Source: Acidobacteriota bacterium
GTDB lineage: Bacteria; Acidobacteriota; Thermoanaerobaculia; Gp7-AA8
Direction: 5' to 3'
NCBI GenBank assembly: GCA_025463165.1
Contig: JAOBAU010000337.1
Location: 1,073-65,072 of the forward strand
DNA: 64,000 bases
Both the position numbers and the translations under genes were made by a program. The notes below the pieces were generated by a model, which searched no databases, was not told the origin of the DNA, and saw only the letters and a program-made list of their open reading frames with translations. Of the stretch, positions 1 through 9,116 are shown piece by piece; the first letter of the stretch is position 1; each line of letters begins with the position of its first letter.

Positions 1-90
1 GAGAGAATCGATCGCAGCGCCGGCGACACGCAGGCGCTCGTCCGCTATGCGTACGGGCAGCTCGACCAGCGCATCAGCAGGCTCGAATAG
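1..90 (+). CDS. 3' end of an upstream gene (partial, product unknown)
   Basis: The frame is open from the window edge to TAG at 88-90 (…LVRYAYGQLDQRISRLE*). No motif identified. Confidence 0.3.
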   Translation, partial: ERIDRSAGDTQALVRYAYGQLDQRISRLE

Positions 91-116
91 CCGCCTGCCG
101 CTTATCATCCTCGCGC

Positions 117-3100
117 ATGAAGCGTCTCCTCGCCTGCGCTCTCCTCCTTGCTTCCACCGCATTCGCGGATGTCGATCCCTCGCTCTTCGGCGAATTGCAC
201 TGGCGGCTGATCGGACCGTTTCGCGGCGGACGCGTGCTCGCCGTCAGCGGCGTGCCGGGCGAGCCGCAGCATTTCTACTTCGGTCACGTGAACGGCGGCG
301 TATGGGAAACGCGCGACGCCGGCCGCACATGGACGCCGATCTTCGATGACCAGCCGATCGGCTCGATCGGCGCACTCGCCATCGCGCCGTCAAATCCGAA
401 CGTGATCTACGCCGGCACCGGTGAAGCCGATATGCGCTCCGACATCGCCCAGGGCGACGGAATCTACAAATCTCTCGACGCCGGAAAAACCTGGACGCAC
501 GTCGGTCTGCGCGACTCGCAGCAGATCGGACGCATCACCATCGATCCTGCCGATCCGAACATCGTCTATGTCGCGGCACTCGGCCATCCGTACGGACCGA
601 ACGCCGAGCGCGGCGTCTTCCGCTCGCGCGACGGCGGCAAAACCTGGGCGCGCATTCTCAGCCGCAACGACAGCGACACCGGCGCGATCGATCTCGCGTT
701 CGAGCCCGGCAACGCGCGCGTGATCTACGCCGCGCTCTGGCAAACGCGCCGCACGCCGTGGAGCGTCTATCCGCCATCGAACGGACCGGGCAGCGGTCTC
801 TTCAAATCAACGGACGGCGGCGACACGTGGACGGAGCTGAAAGGAACCGGCCTGCCGGCAAAACCGGGACGGATCGGCATCGCCGTCGCGCCGTCCAATC
901 CGCGCCGCGTGTACGCGATCGTCGACGCCGAAGATGGCGGGATGTATCGCTCCGACGATGCCGGCGCAACGTGGATTCGCGCCGGCAGCGACGCGCGCGT
1001 CTGGAGCCGCGGCTGGTACTTCGGCGGCATCACCGTCGAACCGAAAGACGCCGACGTCGTCTACTCGTGCAACGTCAATCTCTTTCGCTCGAGCGATGCC
1101 GGAAAAACGTGGGCGCCGGTGAAAGGCGCGCCGGGCGGCGACGATTACCACTCACTCTGGATCGATCCGACCACTCCCTCCCGCCGCATCCTCGGCGTCG
1201 ATCAGGGAGCGGTCGTCTCCGTCAACGACGGCCGCACGTGGAGCAGCTGGTTCAATCAGCCGACCGGCCAGTTCTACCACGCGATCACCGACGACCGTTT
1301 CCCGTACCACGTCTACGGCGCGCAGCAGGATTCCGGCGCCGCCGGCATCCCGAGCCGCACGAACTCGTACGACGGCATCACGATGATGGAGTTCCGCGAG
1401 GTGACGGCCGGCGGCGAGAGCGACAACGTCGCGCCCGATCCGAAGGATCCCGAGATCATCTACGGCGGACGCGTCGAGAAACTCGACACGCGCACGCACC
1501 AGACACAGTCGGTCGATCCGACGATCGCGTATCCGGAGAACGATCGCCGCACGTGGACGCTGCCGCTCGTCTTCTCGCGCCGCGATCCGCGCGTCCTCTA
1601 CTTCTCGAATCAGCATCTCTTCCGCACCGAAGACGGCGGCAATCACTGGACGGTCATCAGTCCCGACCTGACGCGCGAAGCGCCCGGCGTGCCGTCGAAT
1701 CTCGACGCGGCCACCGCGGCGCTCTCGACCGGCAAACGTCCCGGCGTGATCTACGCCATCGCTCCGTCGCGCGTGGCCGACCGCGACCTCTGGGTCGGTA
1801 CCGACGACGGTCTGATCTGGCGGACGCGCGACGAGGGCGCGCACTGGACGAACATCACCCCGCCCGCACTGACCGCGTGGTCGAAGGTCGGCATCATCGA
1901 TACGTCGCACTTCGACGCCGAGACCGCGTACGCCGCCATCGATCGTCATCGCCTCGATGATTTCCGCCCGTACATTTATCGCACGCACGACGGCGGCAAA
2001 ACGTGGCAGGCGATCGCGAACGGGATTCCAAACGGCAGCTTCGTCAACGCGGTACGCGAGGATTCGGCGACGAAGGGACTTCTGTACGCCGGTACCGAGA
2101 AGGGTGTGTACGTTTCCTTCGACGACGGCGATCACTGGCAGTCATTGCAGAAGAACCTTCCGGTGACGTCGGTGCGTGACATCGACGTGCACGGCAACGA
2201 CGTCGTCATCGGCACGCACGGCCGCGGTTTCTGGGTCATGGATGACGTGACGCCGCTTCGCCAGCTCACCGCCGCGGCGGCAACCGGTCCGCTCCTGTTT
2301 AAGCCCGCAACGGCGGTCCGCGAGCGTCCCGCCGGGTTCACCGGCACGCCGATGCCGAAGGATGAAGCGATGGCGCCGAATCCGCCGAACGGTGCGTACA
2401 TCGATTACGTCCTTCGCACGTCACCGGCGCAGCCGCTGACGCTCGACATTCTCGACGACCACGACGTTCTCGTGCGACGCTACAGCAGCGCCGACGCCGC
2501 GCCGGTCGTCGATCCGGCGAAGCTGCGCACGGCGCCGGAATGGTTCGCCACTCCGTCAACACTGAAGACGTCCGCCGGCATGCATCGCTTCGTCTGGCCG
2601 ATCCGTTATCAAGCGCGCGCCGCCGGCAGCGGCGCATACGCGAACGGCGTCTGGGCGCCGCCCGGCAACTACAAAATCGTCCTCAACGTTGACGGCCAGC
2701 GGTTCACGCAACCGCTCACCATCGTTGCCGATCCGCGCGTGAAACTTCCCGTTTCCGCGTACGCGGAACAGTTCGCACTGGCGCGGCAGGTCGAGGAGTT
2801 GCAGGTTGCCGTCGCCGCCGCACTCGAAGAAGCATCGACGCTCGTGCCGAAACTGCGCACGCAGAAGAACGATTCGTTGACGGAGCGAGCGGTTGCGCTC
2901 TCCGACGTCAATCTGACCGAAGCGTGGTGGCTGCTCCCTTCATCGAAGACGAGCCTCCGCTTCGTCGACAACGCGCTCGAGAAACTCGCGGCCGTCGTCG
3001 ACGGCGCCGATGCCGCGCCGACCACCGACGCCCGCGAAAGCTGGGCCAGGCTGCAGCCGCTCGCCGCGAATGCGCTGCGGGCGTGGAAGGAGTTCGTCGT

Positions 3101-3119
3101 GACCGTGCCGAAGCCGTAA
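117..3119 (+). CDS. Secreted BNR/Asp-box repeat protein (sortilin/VPS10- or Ycf48-like beta-propeller), 1000 aa
   Basis: ATG at 117 and signal peptide MKRLLACALLLASTAFA. There are at least 10 S-x-D-x-G-x-T-W Asp-box/BNR motifs (SLDAGKTW, SRDGGKTW, STDGGDTW, SSDAGKTW, TEDGGNHW, THDGGKTW, and others). Confidence 0.8.
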   Translation: MKRLLACALLLASTAFADVDPSLFGELHWRLIGPFRGGRVLAVSGVPGEPQHFYFGHVNGGVWETRDAGRTWTPIFDDQPIGSIGALAIAPSNPNVIYAGTGEADMRSDIAQGDGIYKSLDAGKTWTHVGLRDSQQIGRITIDPADPNIVYVAALGHPYGPNAERGVFRSRDGGKTWARILSRNDSDTGAIDLAFEPGNARVIYAALWQTRRTPWSVYPPSNGPGSGLFKSTDGGDTWTELKGTGLPAKPGRIGIAVAPSNPRRVYAIVDAEDGGMYRSDDAGATWIRAGSDARVWSRGWYFGGITVEPKDADVVYSCNVNLFRSSDAGKTWAPVKGAPGGDDYHSLWIDPTTPSRRILGVDQGAVVSVNDGRTWSSWFNQPTGQFYHAITDDRFPYHVYGAQQDSGAAGIPSRTNSYDGITMMEFREVTAGGESDNVAPDPKDPEIIYGGRVEKLDTRTHQTQSVDPTIAYPENDRRTWTLPLVFSRRDPRVLYFSNQHLFRTEDGGNHWTVISPDLTREAPGVPSNLDAATAALSTGKRPGVIYAIAPSRVADRDLWVGTDDGLIWRTRDEGAHWTNITPPALTAWSKVGIIDTSHFDAETAYAAIDRHRLDDFRPYIYRTHDGGKTWQAIANGIPNGSFVNAVREDSATKGLLYAGTEKGVYVSFDDGDHWQSLQKNLPVTSVRDIDVHGNDVVIGTHGRGFWVMDDVTPLRQLTAAAATGPLLFKPATAVRERPAGFTGTPMPKDEAMAPNPPNGAYIDYVLRTSPAQPLTLDILDDHDVLVRRYSSADAAPVVDPAKLRTAPEWFATPSTLKTSAGMHRFVWPIRYQARAAGSGAYANGVWAPPGNYKIVLNVDGQRFTQPLTIVADPRVKLPVSAYAEQFALARQVEELQVAVAAALEEASTLVPKLRTQKNDSLTERAVALSDVNLTEAWWLLPSSKTSLRFVDNALEKLAAVVDGADAAPTTDARESWARLQPLAANALRAWKEFVVTVPKP

Positions 3120-3156
3120 CGCGTCGCGCGCGCCGCGAAGCGCTATCCTTCCGTCA

Positions 3157-5511
3157 TTGCGTTTATCGACGGGTACGAAACTCGGCGCGTACGAGGTGGT
3201 CGCTCCTCTCGGCGCAGGCGGCATGGGAGAGGTGTATCGCGCACACGACTCGCGCGTCGGCCGTGACGTCGCCATCAAAGTCCTGCCGCATCGGCTTGCC
3301 GCTGATGACGAAGCGCACGCGCGATTCCTTCGCGAAGCGAAAGCGATCGCGGCGATCTCGCATCCGAACATCCTCGCGCTCTACGAGTTCGAGCGCGAAG
3401 ACGACATCACCTACGTCGTCACGGAACTGCTCGAAGGCGAGACGCTGCGCGGCCTCATCGCCCGCGGTCCGATCTCATGGCGCCGCGCCGCGGAGATCGG
3501 CGCCTGCATCGCCGACGGTCTCTCGGCCGCGCACCTCAAAGGAATCATTCATCGCGACCTGAAACCGGAGAACGTTTTCATCACCAGTGATGGACGCGTC
3601 AAGATTCTCGACTTCGGCCTCGCCAAAGCGACGCCGCTGCAAACCGGCGGCGGCGACGTCAAAGCGACGGAAAAACTTCTCAGCGACGACATGCTGAGCG
3701 ACGAGTCGGTGATCGGCACGGTCGGCTACATGGCGCCCGAACAACTGCGCGGCCAGCTGGCAACGGCCGCGAGCGACATCTTCGCGCTCGGTTGCGTGCT
3801 CTACGAAGCGGTGGCCGGACGTCCGGCGTTCATCGCCGAGAGTCCGGTCGAGACGATGACTGCCGTACTTCGCGATGAGCTTCCCGAGCTCAGCGGCTCC
3901 GGCAAGCGCGTCCCGTACGAGTTGGAACGGATCATCCGCCGCTGCGTCGAAAAGAATGCCGAGGCGCGTTTCCAGTCCGCTCGCGACCTCGGGTTCGCGC
4001 TGCGTGCACTCGGCACCACGCCGATCGAGCGCGAATGGCTGCACTGGCCGCGCGCGTCACGCCGAAAGTTGATGATCGGCGCCGGCCTCGCCATCGCGGT
4101 GGTCGTCGCTATGATCGTTGCGACGTTGCTGCGTCAGCGCACCGAAGAAGCATCGCCCGTCGCGATCCGCTCGCTCGCCGTGCTGCCGTTCGACAACGCC
4201 AGCAAAGACGCCAACAACGAATACCTCAGCGACGGCATCACCGAATCGCTCATCAACGCGCTCTCGCAAATCCCCGAGCTCTCCGTCGTCTCGCGCACGT
4301 CGGTCTTCCGCTACAAAGGCAAAGAGACGCAGCCGATGGCGATCGCGAAAGAGCTGAAGGTGCAGGCGCTGCTGACCGGCCGCATCGTCAAGCCGGGCGA
4401 AGAGCTGATCATCAGCACGGAGTTGATCGACGGTCGCAACAATCGCCACCTGTGGGGCGAGCAATATCACACGAAGATGTCGGACCTCGCGGCGGTGCAG
4501 GCGACGATCTCACGACAGATTTCCGAACAGCTCCGCCTGCAGCTGAGCGGGCAGACGAAGAAGAACGTCGGCAAGCACTACACGGAAAACAGCGAGGCGT
4601 ATCGGCTCTATCTGCAGGGCCGCTACGAGTTGAACAAGCGCACCGGCGAATCGTTCGAGCGCGCCATCAACAACTTCAGCCAGGCGATCGCGCGCGATCC
4701 GAACTACGCGCTCGCATACGCCGGACTGGCCGACTGCTACATCCTGCAATCGATCTACAACGAGAGCCCGCCGTCGAAGGCGCTGCCGCTCGCGCGCGCC
4801 GCCGCCGATCGCGCCATCGAGCTCGATGATGAGCTGGCGGAAGCGCACACGTCGCGCGCCTACTTCCTGATGAATTTCGACAGCGATCTGAGCGCCGCGT
4901 CGAACGAGTTCGAGCGCGCGCTGGAGTTGAATCCGAATTACGCAACGGCGCGCCAGTGGTACAGCCGGCTGCTCGTGACGAGCGGACGATTCGACGAAGC
5001 GATCCGCGAGATTCGCCGTGCGGAGGAGCTCGATCCGCTGAGCCTCGTCATCATCGCCGAGACCGGCGGCGTCTACGCCGACAGCGGCCGGCTCGACGAA
5101 GCGGTCGCCGAATGCCGTCGCGCGCTCGACCTCGAACCGAACTTCCCGCTCGCGCATTACGTACTCGCCGGCGCGCTCCTCAAACAGAAAAGGTTCCCCG
5201 ACGCCATCCGTGAATCCGAAACCGCGTGGCGCCTCGGTATGGATCCGCGCAGCCTCGTTCGCCTCGGAGTTTCGTACGCCGCCGCCGGACGCCGCGATGA
5301 TGCGCTGCGCACGCTGGCCGATCTCGAAGCGCTTCGCGGCAAACGCTTCGTGCCGTCATACGGAATCGCGACACTCGAGCTCGCGCTCGGCCGCAACGAC
5401 GCCGCGCTCGCCCATCTTCGCGATGCGGCGAGGGAACTACCGCCCGGGCAGTACCAGCGAATCCTCGCGGAGGATCCGATGCTGGCGCCGCTGCGCGCCC
5501 GACTGCCATAG
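3157..5511 (+). CDS. Ser/Thr protein kinase with C-terminal TM, TolB-N-like module and TPR repeats
   Basis: Gly loop GAGGMGEVYRA, catalytic HRDLKPEN, DFG and APE motifs. A TM helix is followed by VLPFDN…DGITE and TPR repeats. The start is TTG at 3157; no in-frame ATG lies before the Gly loop. Confidence 0.85.
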   Translation: MRLSTGTKLGAYEVVAPLGAGGMGEVYRAHDSRVGRDVAIKVLPHRLAADDEAHARFLREAKAIAAISHPNILALYEFEREDDITYVVTELLEGETLRGLIARGPISWRRAAEIGACIADGLSAAHLKGIIHRDLKPENVFITSDGRVKILDFGLAKATPLQTGGGDVKATEKLLSDDMLSDESVIGTVGYMAPEQLRGQLATAASDIFALGCVLYEAVAGRPAFIAESPVETMTAVLRDELPELSGSGKRVPYELERIIRRCVEKNAEARFQSARDLGFALRALGTTPIEREWLHWPRASRRKLMIGAGLAIAVVVAMIVATLLRQRTEEASPVAIRSLAVLPFDNASKDANNEYLSDGITESLINALSQIPELSVVSRTSVFRYKGKETQPMAIAKELKVQALLTGRIVKPGEELIISTELIDGRNNRHLWGEQYHTKMSDLAAVQATISRQISEQLRLQLSGQTKKNVGKHYTENSEAYRLYLQGRYELNKRTGESFERAINNFSQAIARDPNYALAYAGLADCYILQSIYNESPPSKALPLARAAADRAIELDDELAEAHTSRAYFLMNFDSDLSAASNEFERALELNPNYATARQWYSRLLVTSGRFDEAIREIRRAEELDPLSLVIIAETGGVYADSGRLDEAVAECRRALDLEPNFPLAHYVLAGALLKQKRFPDAIRESETAWRLGMDPRSLVRLGVSYAAAGRRDDALRTLADLEALRGKRFVPSYGIATLELALGRNDAALAHLRDAARELPPGQYQRILAEDPMLAPLRARLP

Positions 5512-5529
5512 ACGTCCCAGCTGGCCGAC

Positions 5530-5552
5530 GTGGCGGGCGAAGCGCCCGCCAC
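5530..5552. terminator. GC-rich hairpin between convergent genes (possible bidirectional terminator)
   Basis: gtggcgggcg-aag-cgcccgccac is a 10-bp stem located between the kinase stop (5511) and the amidohydrolase stop (5648). There is no T-tract. Confidence 0.25.
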
Positions 5553-5647
5553 CACACCAGACCGAACGCGCGCGCAACCGTCCGGAATCGCTCCGCCGCG
5601 AAGCCGTCCACCGACGCTTGCGAACCAACGCAGCGGCGCGTCGCCGC

Positions 5648-8600
5648 CTATTCGCTCCAGAAGAAACGCGGCATCGTCTGCTGCGTCGGCCACTCCTTCG
5701 TCAGCGTTTCTCCTTCGTACACCTCGCCGTTTTTCACCACGTAGTGAATCTTCAGCGAGTTGTGGATGTCCTCCAGCGGATTCGCGTCGAGCACGATGAA
5801 GTCGGCGAGCTTGCCCGCTTCGATCGAGCCCAGGTCCGGCGCGAAACCGATCTTGTCGGCGGCGAGGATCGTTGACGCGCGCAGCGCTTCGTGCGGCGTC
5901 ATCGCCGTCATTCCCTTCGGCGCGCCCTCGCCCGCCATCGCCCAGAGCTCCCAGTGCGGACCGAAACCCTGCACCTGTCCGTGTGCACCGAGCGACACGT
6001 TTCCGCCCGCGCGCAGCACTTCCGCGACTCCGTGCGCGACGACCGGGAAGTGATACTCCGACGGATCGATCCACGGATGACGGCGCGCTTTCTCGTCGAT
6101 CACGAAGTGCGGCGTGAAACGGAGCAGCTTCGACATCTCATGCGGCACCATCGTCTGCCAGAGATACTGCTCGCCCCACGGACCGCCGTACGACACGATC
6201 AGCGTCGGCGTATAAAACGTTCCGGTCTTCGCGACGAACTGCACCACATCCTTCTGCAGCTCGACCGGCAGCGAATGCTCGAACGCCGTGAAGCCGTCCG
6301 CCGCCATCGTCAAATCCGAATTCAATTCGCCCGCGCCTTCAGCAGTCAGCAACATGTGCTCGAGCCGGCACGCCTCCGCGAACCACATCCGCTGCGCGCG
6401 GCCCGGCTGCTGATACACCTTGATCATTCGCGCGCCGTACGCCTTCATGCGGCGCACCTGACGGCGCGCGTCTTCGAGACTGTTCACTTCCGCGAAGACG
6501 TCTGTTTGCGCGCCGCCGTACAGCACGTCGCCCGATGAATAAACGCGCGGACCGACGAGGTGTCCGGACTCGACCATCTCCGCCTGCGCGAAAACGTCGA
6601 GCGACGGCGCGGACGGGTCGTACACCGTCGTCACACCGTAGGCGAGGTTCGCGACGTACTCCCATTTCGTGTCGGGAAAAATCTCGAAGCCGGAGTAATG
6701 AAGATGCGCGTGCGTGTCGATGAGTCCCGGGATGATCGTCTTCCCGCTCGCATCGAACTCCTTCGCCCCGGCCGGTGCGGCGAGATTCGCGCCGACCGCG
6801 GTGATGCGGTTGTCGCGCACCACGACGTCGGCGTTCTCCAGCACCTCATCGCCCTTCATCGTGACGACGCGCGCGTGACGCATCACGTACGAGCCCGACG
6901 GCGTCGCGCGCGGTTGCGTCAACGTGATGACGATCTTCTCCGACGGCGGAACCTTCAGCTTCTTCTCGTCGTCAGCGTCGTCCTTCTTCTTGTCTTTGTC
7001 GCTCTTCGACTTGTCGTTTCCTTCCTTCGCTTCTTTGACCTCGGCCTTCTTCTTCTGATCGTCGACGAACTTCAGCGCCGACGCGATCGGCAGCCGATGG
7101 AACGTGTTGCCGAGCGTCCACGTGATCGTTTTTCCGGCATCCGCCCACTCGACGTAACCGCCGGCCTCCTCGGAGAGACGCCACACCGGAACCGAGCCTT
7201 CCTTCAGCCCAACCTCCGGCGGATCCTTCATCACGATGCTCGGCAGCGCCGTCACGTAAACGTTGTCGCGCGACGTGAATGCAACCCACTGCTCGTCAGG
7301 CGACGGCACGAGATCGCCGATCGCCGGAAAGCGCAGCAGCCGCTTCTTGTCGGTGCCATCGAGGCGCACGGAAACGAGCTCGTTCTTCGGATCTTCTTTC
7401 GGCGACTTCGGCTCGATGAAATCGCGAATGTAAACGCGCGTGCCGTCGCTGCTCCACCACGTCTGCGGATGGAAGCGGAACGTGTCGGCGATCTTCACTG
7501 ACGTGATGTACGACGCGGCGCCGCCGCTCGCCGGCATCCACTTCACGTCGAACACGCTCTCCTCTTCCGGCTGGCGTCCGCGAAATTCGAGGCCGCTTCC
7601 CTGGATGAATGCGATCCGATCGCCGGTCGGCGAAAACTCGGGATTGATGTAGTGCCCGGCCACGGACGTCAACTTCTCCGGCGTCGCCGTCGCACCATCG
7701 GCCGGCATGCGCGCGCGCCAGATATGTCCGCCCTCGGCGTCGCTCCACGTCACGTACGAAAGCCACTGACCATCGGGCGAGATCGCCGGCGCGTATTCGC
7801 GACGCGGCGCTTTCGAATCATCGGCAGTCAGTCGCTGCGGCGCACCGGCAGCGGCGTTGCCCTTCAAACGTTGAATCCAGATCCGTCCGAACGCATCGAA
7901 AACGATCGCGCTCTGATCGGGCGACTGCACGGCCCAGCGCAGAATGCGCGCGCGCACCGGTCCGCTCTCGACGCGTTCCTGCCAAGCGACGCGCGGCGCG
8001 ACCGACTGCTCGACGTCGGCCGTGAATGGGATGATCTGCATCGCGCGCGTCGCGACGTCGAGGCGCGTCAGCTTTCCGTGGTTCGAGAAGAAAAGCGAGC
8101 GGCCGTCGGGCGCGAATGTGTACGCCGGCCACGCGTCCATCTGCGCGAAGCCTTCCTGCTCGTCGCGCGTCACGCCGCGCGCGAGAATGTGCTCGCCGCC
8201 GCTCTGCAGATCGCGCGAGACGAGCACCGTGTCGGCGTCGCGGCGGCTGACGAACGTCAACGTCTTTCCGTCCGGCGAAAGTTGCGGACGGACCGCGCCG
8301 CCGATGCCCGACGTCAGCTGCGTCGTCTCCGCCGTCTGGCGGTCGTAACGCTGAATCGCCCAAAGTCCGTGGGAAATGTCGGGCGTGTAGTTGAAGCGCC
8401 GCGAGCGCGCGGCGAAGTAGATGTAGCGGCCGTCCTTCGAGAAGATCGCGCCGGCGCCGTTGTTGAAATCATCCGAGTTGGTGAGCTTCACGCCCGAACC
8501 GCCGCGCACGTGGAAGATCCAGAGCTCGACCGGCGGAATGCCGCCGCGCTTCGCATCTTCTTTTCGCGCGACGATGTAGTTGCCGTCAGGCGACCAGCTC

Positions 8601-9019
8601 GGCGAGCGAACGTACGAGCCTTTCTCTTCGGTCAGCGCGCGCGCGTTTTTCCCGTCGGCGTCGATGAGCCAGATGTTGTCGATGCCGCCGCGATCGCTGA
8701 CGAACGCGATCGTTTTCCCATCGGGCGAATAGCGCGGACCCCAGTCGTACGCGGGACCTTTCGCAATCGCGGTCGCTTTGCCGCCGGCGACAGGGATCGT
8801 GTAGAGATCGCCGAGGAGATCGAAGAGGAGCGTGGAGCCATCAGGAGAAATGTCGACGGACGCCCACGTCGCTTCATCAACCGTGAAGGCGATCCTGCGC
8901 GCGTCGGGACGCGGATCGTTGATCTTTTCCGCGGGATCGAACGGCTTCTTCGCCGGCTCCTCTTTGGCGTGGACCAGTGCCGCAACGAGCAGCAGAGCGA
9001 TAACCGTCAGCTTCTTCAC
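5648..9019 (-). CDS. TolB-like WD40 beta-propeller fused to metal-dependent amidohydrolase, secreted, 1123 aa
   Basis: GTG start with AGGAGG 5 nt upstream and signal peptide MKKLTVIALLLVAALVHA. Repeated SPDG(K/S)T(I/L)AF propeller motifs. A K/D/E-rich linker precedes a C-terminal amidohydrolase with IIPGLIDTHAHLHYSG. Confidence 0.85.
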   Translation of the reverse strand: MKKLTVIALLLVAALVHAKEEPAKKPFDPAEKINDPRPDARRIAFTVDEATWASVDISPDGSTLLFDLLGDLYTIPVAGGKATAIAKGPAYDWGPRYSPDGKTIAFVSDRGGIDNIWLIDADGKNARALTEEKGSYVRSPSWSPDGNYIVARKEDAKRGGIPPVELWIFHVRGGSGVKLTNSDDFNNGAGAIFSKDGRYIYFAARSRRFNYTPDISHGLWAIQRYDRQTAETTQLTSGIGGAVRPQLSPDGKTLTFVSRRDADTVLVSRDLQSGGEHILARGVTRDEQEGFAQMDAWPAYTFAPDGRSLFFSNHGKLTRLDVATRAMQIIPFTADVEQSVAPRVAWQERVESGPVRARILRWAVQSPDQSAIVFDAFGRIWIQRLKGNAAAGAPQRLTADDSKAPRREYAPAISPDGQWLSYVTWSDAEGGHIWRARMPADGATATPEKLTSVAGHYINPEFSPTGDRIAFIQGSGLEFRGRQPEEESVFDVKWMPASGGAASYITSVKIADTFRFHPQTWWSSDGTRVYIRDFIEPKSPKEDPKNELVSVRLDGTDKKRLLRFPAIGDLVPSPDEQWVAFTSRDNVYVTALPSIVMKDPPEVGLKEGSVPVWRLSEEAGGYVEWADAGKTITWTLGNTFHRLPIASALKFVDDQKKKAEVKEAKEGNDKSKSDKDKKKDDADDEKKLKVPPSEKIVITLTQPRATPSGSYVMRHARVVTMKGDEVLENADVVVRDNRITAVGANLAAPAGAKEFDASGKTIIPGLIDTHAHLHYSGFEIFPDTKWEYVANLAYGVTTVYDPSAPSLDVFAQAEMVESGHLVGPRVYSSGDVLYGGAQTDVFAEVNSLEDARRQVRRMKAYGARMIKVYQQPGRAQRMWFAEACRLEHMLLTAEGAGELNSDLTMAADGFTAFEHSLPVELQKDVVQFVAKTGTFYTPTLIVSYGGPWGEQYLWQTMVPHEMSKLLRFTPHFVIDEKARRHPWIDPSEYHFPVVAHGVAEVLRAGGNVSLGAHGQVQGFGPHWELWAMAGEGAPKGMTAMTPHEALRASTILAADKIGFAPDLGSIEAGKLADFIVLDANPLEDIHNSLKIHYVVKNGEVYEGETLTKEWPTQQTMPRFFWSE

Positions 9020-9033
9020 GAAGGCCTCCTGTA

Positions 9034-9045
9034 TTTCCGGAAATT
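9034..9045. promoter_or_regulatory. Perfect 12-bp palindrome ATTTCCGGAAAT just upstream of the RBS of the amidohydrolase gene (candidate operator)
   Basis: Read directly in the sequence, 15-26 nt upstream of the GTG start at 9019. Confidence 0.25.
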
Positions 9046-9116
9046 GGGCGCAACGAGTGTAGCGGCGCGAAGAAACGCCCTTGTGAACAAATGGTGAGAG
9101 CGGTGACGGCGAACGC

